Origin: Desulfobacterales bacterium
GTDB lineage: Bacteria; Desulfobacterota; Desulfobacteria; Desulfobacterales; UBA2245
DNA: 64,000 nt
Assembly: GCA_040771865.1 (NCBI GenBank)
Contig: JAXGZF010000003.1
Location: 434,001-498,000 of the forward strand
Direction of reading: 5' to 3'
A program made the translations under genes and the position numbers. Below, piece after piece: positions 1 through 9,877 of this stretch; position 1 is the stretch's first letter; each line of letters begins with the position of its first letter. The notes below the pieces were generated by a model. The model saw only the letters and a list, made by a program, of their open reading frames with translations. It ran no database searches and was not told where the DNA came from.

Positions 1-2
1 AG

Positions 3-560
3 TTGATGGCTCTGGCTTTTTCTTTCAAATTCGGAACCCCGTTTCATGTCATGGCCCGGGTTCTTGATTTTGAGCCCATGGATCGAGTAATGAGGGAAAT
101 CCGCTGCCTTTCGGGCAACACGGTGGTCGATAAGAATAAAAGCGCGGCGGTTGTGGCCCGTTTGTTAAGTGAGAATCAGGTGGTGGGTATTCTGCTGGAT
201 CAGAACGCCTCCTGGTACGAGGGCGTTTATGTTCCGTTTTTCGGACGGCTCGTCTGCACCAACAAGGGGGTGGCCATGTTCGCCCTGCGCTACGGGGCTT
301 CGGTCCTGCCGGCATTTAATACCCGGCAGCCCGACGGGCGCTATCGAACTGTGTTCGAACCTCCGGTTGAACTGATCCGGACCGGAGACGTGGGCCGGGA
401 TATCGAGGAGAATACGGCGCTTTTCAACCGGATCATCGAAAAACACATTCGGGCCGCTCCGGACAACTGGCTGTGGATTCATCGCAGATGGCGAATCAAG
501 GATATTCCCGACCGGGCGCGCAGAAAATTGAAACTGCCGCCCGAGGTCGGTGCATCATAA
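3..560 (+). CDS. Lipid A biosynthesis lauroyl/lysophospholipid acyltransferase (HtrB/LpxL family), 5'-truncated by window edge
   Basis: Motifs GILLDQN, VPFFG and PDNWLWIHRRW are typical of the family. Confidence 0.85.
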   Translation: MMALAFSFKFGTPFHVMARVLDFEPMDRVMREIRCLSGNTVVDKNKSAAVVARLLSENQVVGILLDQNASWYEGVYVPFFGRLVCTNKGVAMFALRYGASVLPAFNTRQPDGRYRTVFEPPVELIRTGDVGRDIEENTALFNRIIEKHIRAAPDNWLWIHRRWRIKDIPDRARRKLKLPPEVGAS

Positions 561-802
561 TTTCCAGGCAGGCTTGAACCACAGGAATGCTTTGCTGTGC
601 GAGGCGGTTTTACTAAAAATGGAATTCATCCAAAATGGCAAGATTCGGTTTCCCCGGCCCTTTGACATCTCATGGCTTGATTCTGCCGCTGTTCCTGTGT
701 TAATACCCGGACCGGGGAAAATTCCGGGAAGCATGGGCAACCAGCGCTCTCTGACGGGGGCTTTGAAATCCGCAATACCGCATGATACGGAAGCCTGAAA
801 TA

Positions 803-994
803 ATGCGAATGTGCAAGGAACTGCTGGAATGGCTGAGATGTCCGAAATGTGGGGGGCCGGTTGCTGTGACCGGCTCCGGGGATGCACTGGCCTGTCCGGC
901 CTGCCGGTTGTTCTACAAAATCAGAAACGGCATTCCGGTCATGCTGGTTGAGGAAGCAAAATCCATGGACTTTTGCGGAAACGGAAATCCTTGA
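803..994 (+). CDS. Trm112-like (YcaR) small protein
   Basis: LLEWLRCPKC...LACPACRLFYKIRNGIPVMLVEEA; start uncertain. Confidence 0.8.
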   Translation: MRMCKELLEWLRCPKCGGPVAVTGSGDALACPACRLFYKIRNGIPVMLVEEAKSMDFCGNGNP

Positions 995-1016
995 TCATAA
1001 AAGTGATGATCCAGCA

Positions 1017-1586
1017 ATGAGCATTGTTCAGCCGGCCAGGCCGGCCAAACTGGTCGTCAGCATTCTGACGGCGCGCAAGGAGCTTTTCGGCAGGGTGCTC
1101 GACCTGCTGGAGCAAAATTACGGCCGAGCGGACCTGATCAGCGCCTGGCTTGCCTTTGAGTATACCCGGTATTACGCGGCGGAGATGGGATCGCCGCTTT
1201 TCAGAAGGATGGCGAGCTTTTCCCGTTTGATCGATCAAACCGATCTGCCGGACATCAAACTGTTCACCAACGAGGTGGAGAACCGCTTTTCCGAAAGCGC
1301 CTTGCGCCGGGTGAATATCGATCCGGGATATCTGCTTTACGAGCGATTTGTTCTGGCGACCGGAAAAAATTTTACGCATCGGATTTATCTTGGAAAAGGA
1401 ATTTATGCGGACCTGACGCTGACTTACGCAAAAGGCGCTTTTCAGACGCTGCCCTGGACGTATCCGGATTATGCCGCCGAGGATATTCAGGCCTTTCTCA
1501 GGCGGGTCCGTGAAAAATACACCGTGGATTTTATGCGTTGGAACGGTGAAAACGAAAATGTTCCGGCGACTGGAAACATATCATGA
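1017..1586 (+). CDS. DUF4416 family protein
   Basis: YYAAEMG, RRVNIDPGY, LATGKNFTHRIYL, WTYPDY motifs; lies upstream of yicC. Confidence 0.8.
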   Translation: MSIVQPARPAKLVVSILTARKELFGRVLDLLEQNYGRADLISAWLAFEYTRYYAAEMGSPLFRRMASFSRLIDQTDLPDIKLFTNEVENRFSESALRRVNIDPGYLLYERFVLATGKNFTHRIYLGKGIYADLTLTYAKGAFQTLPWTYPDYAAEDIQAFLRRVREKYTVDFMRWNGENENVPATGNIS

Positions 1587-2464
1587 TCAAGAGCATGACC
1601 GGTTTTGCACGCGCCGAAAAGACCGCGGGCCCCATGGGTTGCCGCGTGGAAATCCGATCCTATAACGGCAAAGGCCTGGATTTGGTTCTGCGGATTCCGC
1701 AAAATTATCAGGCGCTGGAGGAAAAGATCAAGGCGCTGGTATCCGAGCGCATGACCCGGGGACGGCTGGAGATTCGATTCCAGGTCGAAGATCAGGCGCC
1801 GGAGTCCTTTGGTTTTTCAGTTGATTTTTCTGCGGCCAGGGCTTTTTACGGAGCACTGGTGGAGCTTCGGAACGAACTGAATCTGAAAGCGGATGTGCCG
1901 CTGGACATGATCGCTTCGGCCGAAGGGGTGATCCGTCCAAGAGAGGCGGACCGGGATATGGAGTCGGCCTGGACGCTTTTCCGGGACTGTCTCGATGTTG
2001 CTCTGAACGCCCACGATGAGATGCGAGCCCGGGAGGGGGCCTTTCTGGCCGAGGATTTTCGAAAAAGAATGGATTTTATCGAATTCAGCATGGATGCCGT
2101 TGAAGCCGCTGCCGCCGGTCTTGCCGCAGGTTATCGGAATCGGCTCGAAGAACGCATCGAAGCGCTGACCAGTGGGCTGGTGGAAATCGATCCCGGTCGG
2201 ATCGCTCAGGAGGCCGCTTTTCTGGCGGACCGGAGCGATATCTCGGAGGAAATCGTCAGAACCCGAAGCCATATTGAGCAGTTTCGCCAGATCGTTGAGG
2301 CTTCCGAGCCTTCGGGCCGGAAACTCAATTTTCTGCTTCAGGAGTTTAATCGGGAATTCAACACCATGGGCGCCAAGGCAGGAAGTGCTCCCATTTCTCA
2401 TATCATCGTGTCGGTCAAAACCGAACTTGAAAAGATCCGTGAGCAGGTTCAGAATATAGAATAA
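1583..2464 (+). CDS. yicC: YicC/YloC family endoribonuclease
   Basis: MIKSMTGF start; GRKLNFLLQEFNREFNT; EKIREQVQNIE end. Confidence 0.95.
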   Translation: MIKSMTGFARAEKTAGPMGCRVEIRSYNGKGLDLVLRIPQNYQALEEKIKALVSERMTRGRLEIRFQVEDQAPESFGFSVDFSAARAFYGALVELRNELNLKADVPLDMIASAEGVIRPREADRDMESAWTLFRDCLDVALNAHDEMRAREGAFLAEDFRKRMDFIEFSMDAVEAAAAGLAAGYRNRLEERIEALTSGLVEIDPGRIAQEAAFLADRSDISEEIVRTRSHIEQFRQIVEASEPSGRKLNFLLQEFNREFNTMGAKAGSAPISHIIVSVKTELEKIREQVQNIE

Positions 2465-2545
2465 AAATTCAGAGCAGGTCGCTTTCTATCTCTTTTGCGC
2501 GCACAACGCATTCCGGATTGCGGCCAGGGAGTTGAATTCAATCTT

Positions 2546-2800
2546 ATGGAACAGATTTTGTTGAACATCGGTTTCGGAAGCACCGTGGTGGCTGAGCGTG
2601 TGGTGGTGATCGTGTCTCCCAATTCGGCGCCCATTAAACGTCTCAAGGACGAGGCCCGCGATGACAAGCGCCTGATCGACGCCACCCATGGCCGCAGAAC
2701 CCGAGCAATCATCGTGATGGACAGCAATCATGTCGTGCTTTCGGCCATTCAGGCGGAAACTCTGTCCCAGCGATTCTCCGCCTTGTCGGAAAAAGAATGA
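2546..2800 (+). CDS. remA: DUF370/RemA family protein
   Basis: LLNIGFG...[31 protein letters not shown]; conserved yicC-DUF370-gmk order. Confidence 0.9.
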   Translation: MEQILLNIGFGSTVVAERVVVIVSPNSAPIKRLKDEARDDKRLIDATHGRRTRAIIVMDSNHVVLSAIQAETLSQRFSALSEKE

Positions 2801-2812
2801 TCAGGGAAATTC

Positions 2813-3403
2813 ATGCCGGATAGTCCTTTCAAAACCTCGGCGTCCCGCGGGCGGCTTTTTATTTTATCGGCGCCTTCCGGCGGCGGCAAAACCACGCTTT
2901 GCGGCTTGCTGCGGCAGCGTTTTGACGATCTCAGATATTCGGTGTCCTACACCACTCGTCCCCCGAGAAGCGGGGAACGCGACGGCGTTGATTACCATTT
3001 CATTTCGCGGCAGGATTTCGAAGATAAAATCAAACAGGGCTTCTGGGCGGAATGGGCAAGAGTTCACGGCAATTTTTACGGCACATCGGCCGAATTCATT
3101 CAAATCACCCTGGCAAGGGGGGAAGACATTCTCCTGGATATCGACGTGCAGGGCGCCCTGCAGATTCTGAAGCGCTTTCCGGACGGCATTTCCATATTTA
3201 TCATGCCCCCATCCCTGGAGACGCTTCGCAGCCGCCTCGAAGCCAGAGCGACCGATGCTTCGCTGGTCATTTCCACGCGTATGAGCAATGCCGAACGGGA
3301 AATGGCGCAAAAGCATTTTTACCGTCATGTTGTGGTCAACGATGATTTGAACCAGGCCTTGAAAGAACTCACGGCCATTATTGAAAGCTATCGCGACGCC
3401 TGA
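2813..3403 (+). CDS. gmk: Guanylate kinase
   Basis: SAPSGGGKTT P-loop, SYTTRPPR, DGVDYHF, DIDVQGA. Confidence 0.95.
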   Translation: MPDSPFKTSASRGRLFILSAPSGGGKTTLCGLLRQRFDDLRYSVSYTTRPPRSGERDGVDYHFISRQDFEDKIKQGFWAEWARVHGNFYGTSAEFIQITLARGEDILLDIDVQGALQILKRFPDGISIFIMPPSLETLRSRLEARATDASLVISTRMSNAEREMAQKHFYRHVVVNDDLNQALKELTAIIESYRDA

Positions 3404-3457
3404 AACAGATCTATCTTTTTGTTGCCGGAATGCAACCGCGCTGACGACGAGACGATC

Positions 3458-4222
3458 ATGAAATCGGAAATCCTTTACGGCATTCATCCGGTCAGTGAGG
3501 CTTTGAAAAGCGGCAGCCGCCAGTTTATGGCTTTGTACGTCGCACGGGACAGGAAGCCCGGTCGTCTATCGACGCTGCTGCACTCCGCTGAAACCCGAAA
3601 GATTCCCGTTGAGATTATTCCGGAAGCCCGGCTGACTGCCATGGCCGGAAGCGATCGCCATCAGGGGATCTGCGCCAGGGTCAGCCCATGCCCGATCTCG
3701 AATTTTTCGGAGGTATTGGAACGCTCGGAACCCGAATGCCGGCCATTTCTGCTGCTGCTGGACAACCTTGAGGATCCTCAGAATCTTGGCGCTCTGATCC
3801 GCACGGCCCTTTGCGCCGGGGTCCAGGCCGTGGTGCTTCCCAGGGATCGCAGCGCTTCTCCGACGCCCGCGGTTTCAAAGGCTTCGGCCGGCGCTCTGGA
3901 GCATATACCGGTAGATCGGGTCGCCAATATGGCCCGCACCATCCGGCTTCTCAAGGACCGGGGGATCTGGGTTTTCGGTCTGGACGCCGCCGGAGACCGG
4001 ACGGTTTATGACTGCGATTTTACTGTTCCCCTTGCCCTTGTCGTGGGCGGCGAGGATGTGGGCGTCCGGCCTCTGGTCAAAAAAAACTGTGATGCCCTGA
4101 TCGCCATTCCCCAGACGGGGCGAATCGGTTCGCTGAATGCCTCGGTCGCCGGTGCGGTGGCGATGTACGAGGTGCTCAGGCAGAGGATGAACTTGAAGCA
4201 TCATGGAGCTAGCCTTTCATAA
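3458..4222 (+). CDS. rlmB: 23S rRNA (Gm2251) 2'-O-methyltransferase, TrmH/SpoU family
   Basis: [28 protein letters not shown]. Confidence 0.92.
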   Translation: MKSEILYGIHPVSEALKSGSRQFMALYVARDRKPGRLSTLLHSAETRKIPVEIIPEARLTAMAGSDRHQGICARVSPCPISNFSEVLERSEPECRPFLLLLDNLEDPQNLGALIRTALCAGVQAVVLPRDRSASPTPAVSKASAGALEHIPVDRVANMARTIRLLKDRGIWVFGLDAAGDRTVYDCDFTVPLALVVGGEDVGVRPLVKKNCDALIAIPQTGRIGSLNASVAGAVAMYEVLRQRMNLKHHGASLS

Positions 4223-4250
4223 CAGAGCAGAGACGAAGAAAGAAATCGGA

Positions 4251-5471
4251 ATGGGAAACAAGATCACCTTCAATCCGGACGGAAGCCTGAGGGTTCCGGA
4301 CGTTCCGGTGATTCCTTTTATCGAGGGAGACGGAACCGGGCCCGATATCTGGGCTGCGTCCGTGCGGGTATTTGATGCCGCGGTGGCGGCAAGCTACGGG
4401 GGAAAACGAAAAATCGTCTGGTTCGAGGTGCTGGCCGGAGAAAAGGCTTATCAAAAAACGGGGCAGTGGCTGCCCCGGGAAACCCTGGACCGTATCCGGG
4501 AATATGGCGTTGCCATCAAGGGCCCCCTGACCACGCCGGTGGGAAAAGGAATCCGCAGTTTGAACGTGGCCATCCGTCAGGAACTGGACCTTTACGCCTG
4601 CATCCGCCCTGTCCGGCATATCGATTCGGTTCCCAGTCCGATGAAGCATCCGGAACAGGTGGACATGATCATCTTCCGTGAAAACACCGAGGATGTGTAT
4701 TCGGGCATTGAGTGGCAGGCCGGAAGTGCCGAGGCGTCCGAAGTGAGGGCGTTTTTAAGGGAGAAGATGGGGGTGTGTCTTCCAGCGGACGCCGGCATCG
4801 GAATAAAGCCCATCAGCGAAGCGAACACCAAGCGCCTGGTGACCATGGCCGTGGCGCATGCAATCGAAAAGAATCTGCCCAGCGTGACCCTCGTTCACAA
4901 GGGCAATATCATGAAGTTTACCGAGGGGGCATTCAGCTGCTGGGGATACGAGGCGGCCCGGGAACGGTTTGCGTCCCGGACGGTCACCGAAGCAGAGGTG
5001 AATGAGAAATACAAAGGGATACGGCCTCCGGGAAAGGTGGTCATCAAAGACCGCATTGCCGACATGATGTTTCAGCAGGTGCTGCTCCGCCCGGAAGAAT
5101 TCAGCGTGATCGCCGCGCCCAACCTCAACGGGGATTATCTTTCCGATGCGCTGGCCGCGCAGACTGGAGGACTGGGCATGGCGCCGGGCGCCAATATCGG
5201 CGACAAGTGCGCCGTGTTTGAGGCCACGCACGGAACGGCGCCGAAATACGCCGGACTCGATAAGGTCAATCCCGGATCCCTGATTCTTTCTGGCGCCATG
5301 ATGCTGGATCACATGGGCTGGATCGAGGCGGCGGAGCGGATTCGAAGGGCGCTGGAAGCCGCCGTCCGTTCCGGCAAGGTTACCTACGACCTGGCCCGTC
5401 AGATGCCGGGGGCCTGCGAGGTGCCCTGCTCGCGGTTTGCCTCGTGCATCATTGACCGCATGAAAGGCTAG
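4251..5471 (+). CDS. icd: NADP-dependent isocitrate dehydrogenase
   Basis: [52 protein letters not shown]. Confidence 0.96.
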   Translation: MGNKITFNPDGSLRVPDVPVIPFIEGDGTGPDIWAASVRVFDAAVAASYGGKRKIVWFEVLAGEKAYQKTGQWLPRETLDRIREYGVAIKGPLTTPVGKGIRSLNVAIRQELDLYACIRPVRHIDSVPSPMKHPEQVDMIIFRENTEDVYSGIEWQAGSAEASEVRAFLREKMGVCLPADAGIGIKPISEANTKRLVTMAVAHAIEKNLPSVTLVHKGNIMKFTEGAFSCWGYEAARERFASRTVTEAEVNEKYKGIRPPGKVVIKDRIADMMFQQVLLRPEEFSVIAAPNLNGDYLSDALAAQTGGLGMAPGANIGDKCAVFEATHGTAPKYAGLDKVNPGSLILSGAMMLDHMGWIEAAERIRRALEAAVRSGKVTYDLARQMPGACEVPCSRFASCIIDRMKG

Positions 5472-5501
5472 CAGGGGGTGTCCGGTGAAATGGACCACGG
5501 T

Positions 5502-6290
5502 ATGACAGGCAGGGCTTATTTCAAACGGTTTTACCGGGCGCTTCTGGATGCAATTTTTCCGGCCAAATGTCTTGCGTGCGGAAATTTTTTCCGGCCCGGC
5601 TTGCCAGACGTTCAGAATGTGAGCAGGAAAACCGGATTTGAGACCATTCTGGGCGAGTATTTATGCGCTTCCTGTCTTGCCGTGTGTCGCCCGACAAGCT
5701 CTCCGATGTGTCCTGTCTGCGGCCTGATGTTTGAAAGCCGTCAGGGCGATGATCATTTGTGCGGTTCATGTATTTCCAAAGCCCCCGTATTCGGAAAAGT
5801 CCGGGCCTGCGGTGTTTACGAAAAGAGTTTTCGAAGCCTGATTCATTTGTTCAAATACCGGGGCAGAATGCAGCTGGTCCGCCCTTTTTCCGATCTTCTT
5901 CTGTCAACCTTGCGGCGGCACTGGGCGGATAATGAGGTGGATCTGGTGATTCCGGTTCCCCTGCATTCAAGACGCATCAGGCAGAGAGGCTTCAATCAGG
6001 CGTTTGTTCTGATCAGAACCTGGAAGCGGCAGCCGGGGGTTGAAATCGATGGGACAGTGCTCAGAAGGGTCCGCATGACGGCGCCGCAGACCGGCCTGGG
6101 AAAAAAAAGCCGGCTGGAGAATCTGAAAGGCGCCTTTGCGGTGAGAAATGCGAACCGGATTTCAGGAAAATCCGTGCTTCTGATTGATGATGTCTATACA
6201 ACGGGGACTACGGCGGAAGCTTGCGCCGAAGCGCTTTTAAAAGCCGGAGCCGGTCGGGTGGATGTGCTGACCCTGGCCAGAACGCCGTAA
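5502..6290 (+). CDS. comF: ComF family protein (zinc ribbons plus PRTase domain)
   Basis: CxxC pairs, RGFNQA, LLIDDVYTTGTT; start uncertain. Confidence 0.9.
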   Translation: MTGRAYFKRFYRALLDAIFPAKCLACGNFFRPGLPDVQNVSRKTGFETILGEYLCASCLAVCRPTSSPMCPVCGLMFESRQGDDHLCGSCISKAPVFGKVRACGVYEKSFRSLIHLFKYRGRMQLVRPFSDLLLSTLRRHWADNEVDLVIPVPLHSRRIRQRGFNQAFVLIRTWKRQPGVEIDGTVLRRVRMTAPQTGLGKKSRLENLKGAFAVRNANRISGKSVLLIDDVYTTGTTAEACAEALLKAGAGRVDVLTLARTP

Positions 6291-6309
6291 TGGTTTGAAC
6301 GGATTTAAA

Positions 6310-7098
6310 ATGCCAATAACATCTTGCCGCAACCAGGGGGTTTTGTATTATCGATTTGCTTCCTGGTCGCATTTGGACCAGATAGTGCACGGCTTTTTCA
6401 CCCGGTCCGGCGGGGCGAGCCCGGAACCGTTTCACAGTTTGAACGTAAGCCTCAATGTCGGTGACGATCGGCGAAACGTCACGGAAAACCGCGGCAGGGT
6501 GTCCCGGTGCATGCAGGTTGAAAAGCTGGTTTTTATCGATCAGGTTCACGGAAGCAGAACCGTTGTCTATTCGAACCGGCCTCCCTTTCACCTGCCGCCG
6601 GCGGAGGGTTTTGAGGATACGGCCGACGCCATGGTCACCGATATTCCCGGAATTCTGCTGACTCTGCAGGTGGCGGATTGTCAGCCGGTTTTTCTGGTTG
6701 ACCCGGTCAGAAACGTCGTGGGGGCGGTGCATTCCGGATGGCGCGGCAGTACAGCGAACATTGCCGGTCGAACGGTTCGGATCATGGCCGAGGCCTTCGA
6801 GTGCCGACCTGAAGACATGCTGGCCGGCGTCGGTCCCTCCCTGGGACCCTGCTGCGCGGAGTTTGTCAACTATCGTTCTGAGATTCCGGAAGCGTTCTGG
6901 AAGTACAAGGCGGGCAATCATTTTGATTTCTGGACCTTGACCCGGGATCAGCTTTGTGCAGCCGGACTTGAATCGGGAAACATCTTATTGAGCGGTATGT
7001 GCACGCGCTGCGGTATTGATTCTTTTTTTTCCTACCGGGCCCAGAAAACCACCGGCCGTCTGGCCGCGGTGCTCGGGGTGAAAAAATCCTCGCGGTGA
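6310..7098 (+). CDS. pgeF: PgeF/YfiH family purine nucleoside phosphorylase-like protein
   Basis: QVHG, VADCQPV, VHSGWRG, FFSYR. Confidence 0.9.
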   Translation: MPITSCRNQGVLYYRFASWSHLDQIVHGFFTRSGGASPEPFHSLNVSLNVGDDRRNVTENRGRVSRCMQVEKLVFIDQVHGSRTVVYSNRPPFHLPPAEGFEDTADAMVTDIPGILLTLQVADCQPVFLVDPVRNVVGAVHSGWRGSTANIAGRTVRIMAEAFECRPEDMLAGVGPSLGPCCAEFVNYRSEIPEAFWKYKAGNHFDFWTLTRDQLCAAGLESGNILLSGMCTRCGIDSFFSYRAQKTTGRLAAVLGVKKSSR

Positions 7099-7144
7099 TC
7101 CGGTCGGTCCGGAATGTTGAAAACATTGAAAAGGCGGGTGCGAT

Positions 7145-7948
7145 ATGGATGCACTAGACCTCAAAAACGTTGAGGTGCTGTGGAACCGGAAGGTGGATTC
7201 CGATTACGGCCGTATCGGAATCCGATGCGCCGGATATGCCGGCGCCCGGCCCGGCCAGTTCGTTATGCTTCGTTTTCCGGGCCGCCTGGACCCGCTTCTG
7301 CGGCGGCCTTTTTCCATTTTTCGCCTGATCGAACAGGACCGGGATGTTGCCGGAATTGAGCTGCTTTACAAGGTGGTGGGCCGGGGAACCCGCCTGCTTT
7401 CCATGGTGAGGGCCGGCGATGCTGTGGATCTGATCGGTCCGCTGGGCAACGGTTTTTGCGTTGCGCCGAATACCCGGTGCATTTTTATGGTCGGCGGCGG
7501 CATTGGTACGGCGCCGCTGGTGTTTCTGGCCGGTAGTATGAAAAAAGATCCGTTTTATGCGGCGCATATCCAGGTCTTCATTGGCGGAAAGACAAAAGGG
7601 GATCTTCCCGCCATGGATGTTTTTTCGGCCATGGGGCTTGCGGTGAATGCGGCCACCGAGGATGGAAGTTTTGGAACCCAGGGGCTGGTGACGGGCTTGC
7701 TGGAACGCGCGATTGAAGAAAGACCGCCGGATCTCATCTGCGCCTGTGGGCCCATGGGCATGCTTCAGGTTGTTTCTCGCCTGGCGCGGCAATATCAGAT
7801 TTCGTGTCAGATCTCCATCGAAACGCTGATGGCCTGCGGAATGGGGGCCTGTCTGGGGTGCGCCGTGACCCGGTCGGATGCGGACGATTCTTATTTTCAT
7901 GCGTGCACCGACGGCCCGGTGTTTGATGCGCTTGGCCTTCGGTTTTGA
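7145..7948 (+). CDS. pyrK: Dihydroorotate dehydrogenase electron transfer subunit
   Basis: PGQF, LRRPFS, GGGIG, CGP, MACGMGACLGC...CTDGPVF. Confidence 0.9.
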   Translation: MDALDLKNVEVLWNRKVDSDYGRIGIRCAGYAGARPGQFVMLRFPGRLDPLLRRPFSIFRLIEQDRDVAGIELLYKVVGRGTRLLSMVRAGDAVDLIGPLGNGFCVAPNTRCIFMVGGGIGTAPLVFLAGSMKKDPFYAAHIQVFIGGKTKGDLPAMDVFSAMGLAVNAATEDGSFGTQGLVTGLLERAIEERPPDLICACGPMGMLQVVSRLARQYQISCQISIETLMACGMGACLGCAVTRSDADDSYFHACTDGPVFDALGLRF

Positions 7949-8089
7949 CTGGTATGAAGGCTTTTTTACACAAAGTTTTTTTGTTCCGGGTCCTGATTAA
8001 AAAAATTGACTTGGTCAAAATCCTGTGTTATTGGCTTTTCTTTCAAACGAATTTTTGAGCTGATGAATGCGCAAAAGGCGTTCTTTTTC

Positions 8090-8311
8090 ATGAATAAGAG
8101 AGAAAAAAGTCGCTACATTAAGGACTTGGCGTATTACAGCAGCCTTGGGTTATCTGTCGCACTGTCCATATTTATCGGCGTGGGATTGGGTGTTTATCTG
8201 GACAGACATTTCGAAACCAGGCCGTGGCTTACATTTATCGGTCTGGGTCTCGGAATTGCCGCTGGATTCAGAAACATCGGCCTGGCGGTTAAGAAGAGCA
8301 GGAAATTCTGA
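8090..8311 (+). CDS. atpZ: AtpZ/AtpQ family ATP synthase accessory protein
   Basis: Two TM segments around GVYLDRHFETRPW; first gene of the F0 cluster. Confidence 0.85.
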   Translation: MNKREKSRYIKDLAYYSSLGLSVALSIFIGVGLGVYLDRHFETRPWLTFIGLGLGIAAGFRNIGLAVKKSRKF

Positions 8312-8329
8312 CAAAGGACATTCAGTATC

Positions 8330-8716
8330 ATGAATATCCACCAACGCATCATCCGGTTTGTCGTGCGCGCAAACTGGGCGCTGCTTTTTATGGCGGTTCT
8401 TTTCGGTCTGGTCGCGGCCCAGCCCGACTTCACCTTGGGGATCGTCTGCGGCGGTCTGATCGTGGTCGTCAATTTCCACCTGCTGGATCGAACCCTCAGG
8501 AAGGCCCTGAACCCGTCGAACCTGTCCCCGATACGGGTGGTAATCGCCAAATACTACGTTCGTTTTATCATCAGCGGTCTGATCATATTCCTGCTGATCT
8601 CCGGTCATGTCGTCGATCCGCTGGGACTTGTCGTGGGGCTTTCGGTTGTCGTCGTGAGCCTGACTCTGGCAACGCTGCTGGAATTAAAAAAACTTATATT
8701 AAAGGAGGCTATGTAA
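8330..8716 (+). CDS. atpI: ATP synthase subunit I
   Basis: Hydrophobic four-TM protein directly upstream of atpB. Confidence 0.8.
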   Translation: MNIHQRIIRFVVRANWALLFMAVLFGLVAAQPDFTLGIVCGGLIVVVNFHLLDRTLRKALNPSNLSPIRVVIAKYYVRFIISGLIIFLLISGHVVDPLGLVVGLSVVVVSLTLATLLELKKLILKEAM

Positions 8717-8717
8717 G

Positions 8718-9407
8718 GTGGAACATCCATTTCTGTTTTTTGTGAGACTGTTCGAGTGGGTGGGCCTTGGACATTTCGCCCATGGAAATGTGCACGTGAT
8801 TTATTCATGGGTGGTCATGGCCATTTTGATTGGTTTTGGATATGTCGCAGCCAAGAGCATCAGCCTGATTCCCGGCAAGGCCCAGAATGTGTTTGAAGCT
8901 GCGGTTTCGGGAATTGAAGAATTCATGGTGGATATTACCGGTGAAGAGGGCCGCTGGTTTTTCCCGATCGTTGCCACGATTTTTCTCTATGTTTTTATCT
9001 GCAATCTGATCGGCATGATTCCCGGATTTTTTCCGCCCACCGCCAATCTCAACACGCCGCTTTCCCTCGCCCTTCCGGTATTCGTTATGACGCACTATAT
9101 CGGGGTCAAGTATCACGGCGCCAAATACATTCATCATTTTACCGGCCCGGTCTGGTGGATGATTCCCATCATCATGCCCATCGAGATTATCGGGCATCTT
9201 GCCAGGGTGCTTTCGCTGACCTTTCGTCTTTTTGGAAACATGATGGGTCACGAACTGGTTCTGGGCATTCTGTTCATGCTGGCCGGCGCTTTCTTTGCTC
9301 CACTGCCGATTATGGTTCTGGGCGTGTTTGTCGCCCTGGTGCAGGCGTTTGTGTTTTTCCTGCTCTCGGTGATGTATTTTGCCGGAGCAATGGAGCACGC
9401 GCATTAA
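8718..9407 (+). CDS. atpB: F0F1 ATP synthase subunit a
   Basis: PPTANLN, LSLTFRLFGNM, VQAFVF. Confidence 0.96.
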   Translation: MEHPFLFFVRLFEWVGLGHFAHGNVHVIYSWVVMAILIGFGYVAAKSISLIPGKAQNVFEAAVSGIEEFMVDITGEEGRWFFPIVATIFLYVFICNLIGMIPGFFPPTANLNTPLSLALPVFVMTHYIGVKYHGAKYIHHFTGPVWWMIPIIMPIEIIGHLARVLSLTFRLFGNMMGHELVLGILFMLAGAFFAPLPIMVLGVFVALVQAFVFFLLSVMYFAGAMEHAH

Positions 9408-9454
9408 CGGGGTCTAAACAGGCAATTTTAGAGCATATCGATTTTTGAATATAG

Positions 9455-9787
<333 letters not shown>

Positions 9788-9816
9788 AAAACCCTAAAAG
9801 CGTAAGCTGATAACGT

Positions 9817-9860
9817 CAGGGCGGTTTGTCGGAAAATCCGACGAACCGCCCTGCTTTTTT
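9817..9860 (+). terminator. Intrinsic terminator after atpE
   Basis: cagggcggtttgtcgga...tccgacgaaccgccctg stem followed by a T run. Confidence 0.8.
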
Positions 9861-9877
9861 ATGCCCATGGAACAATT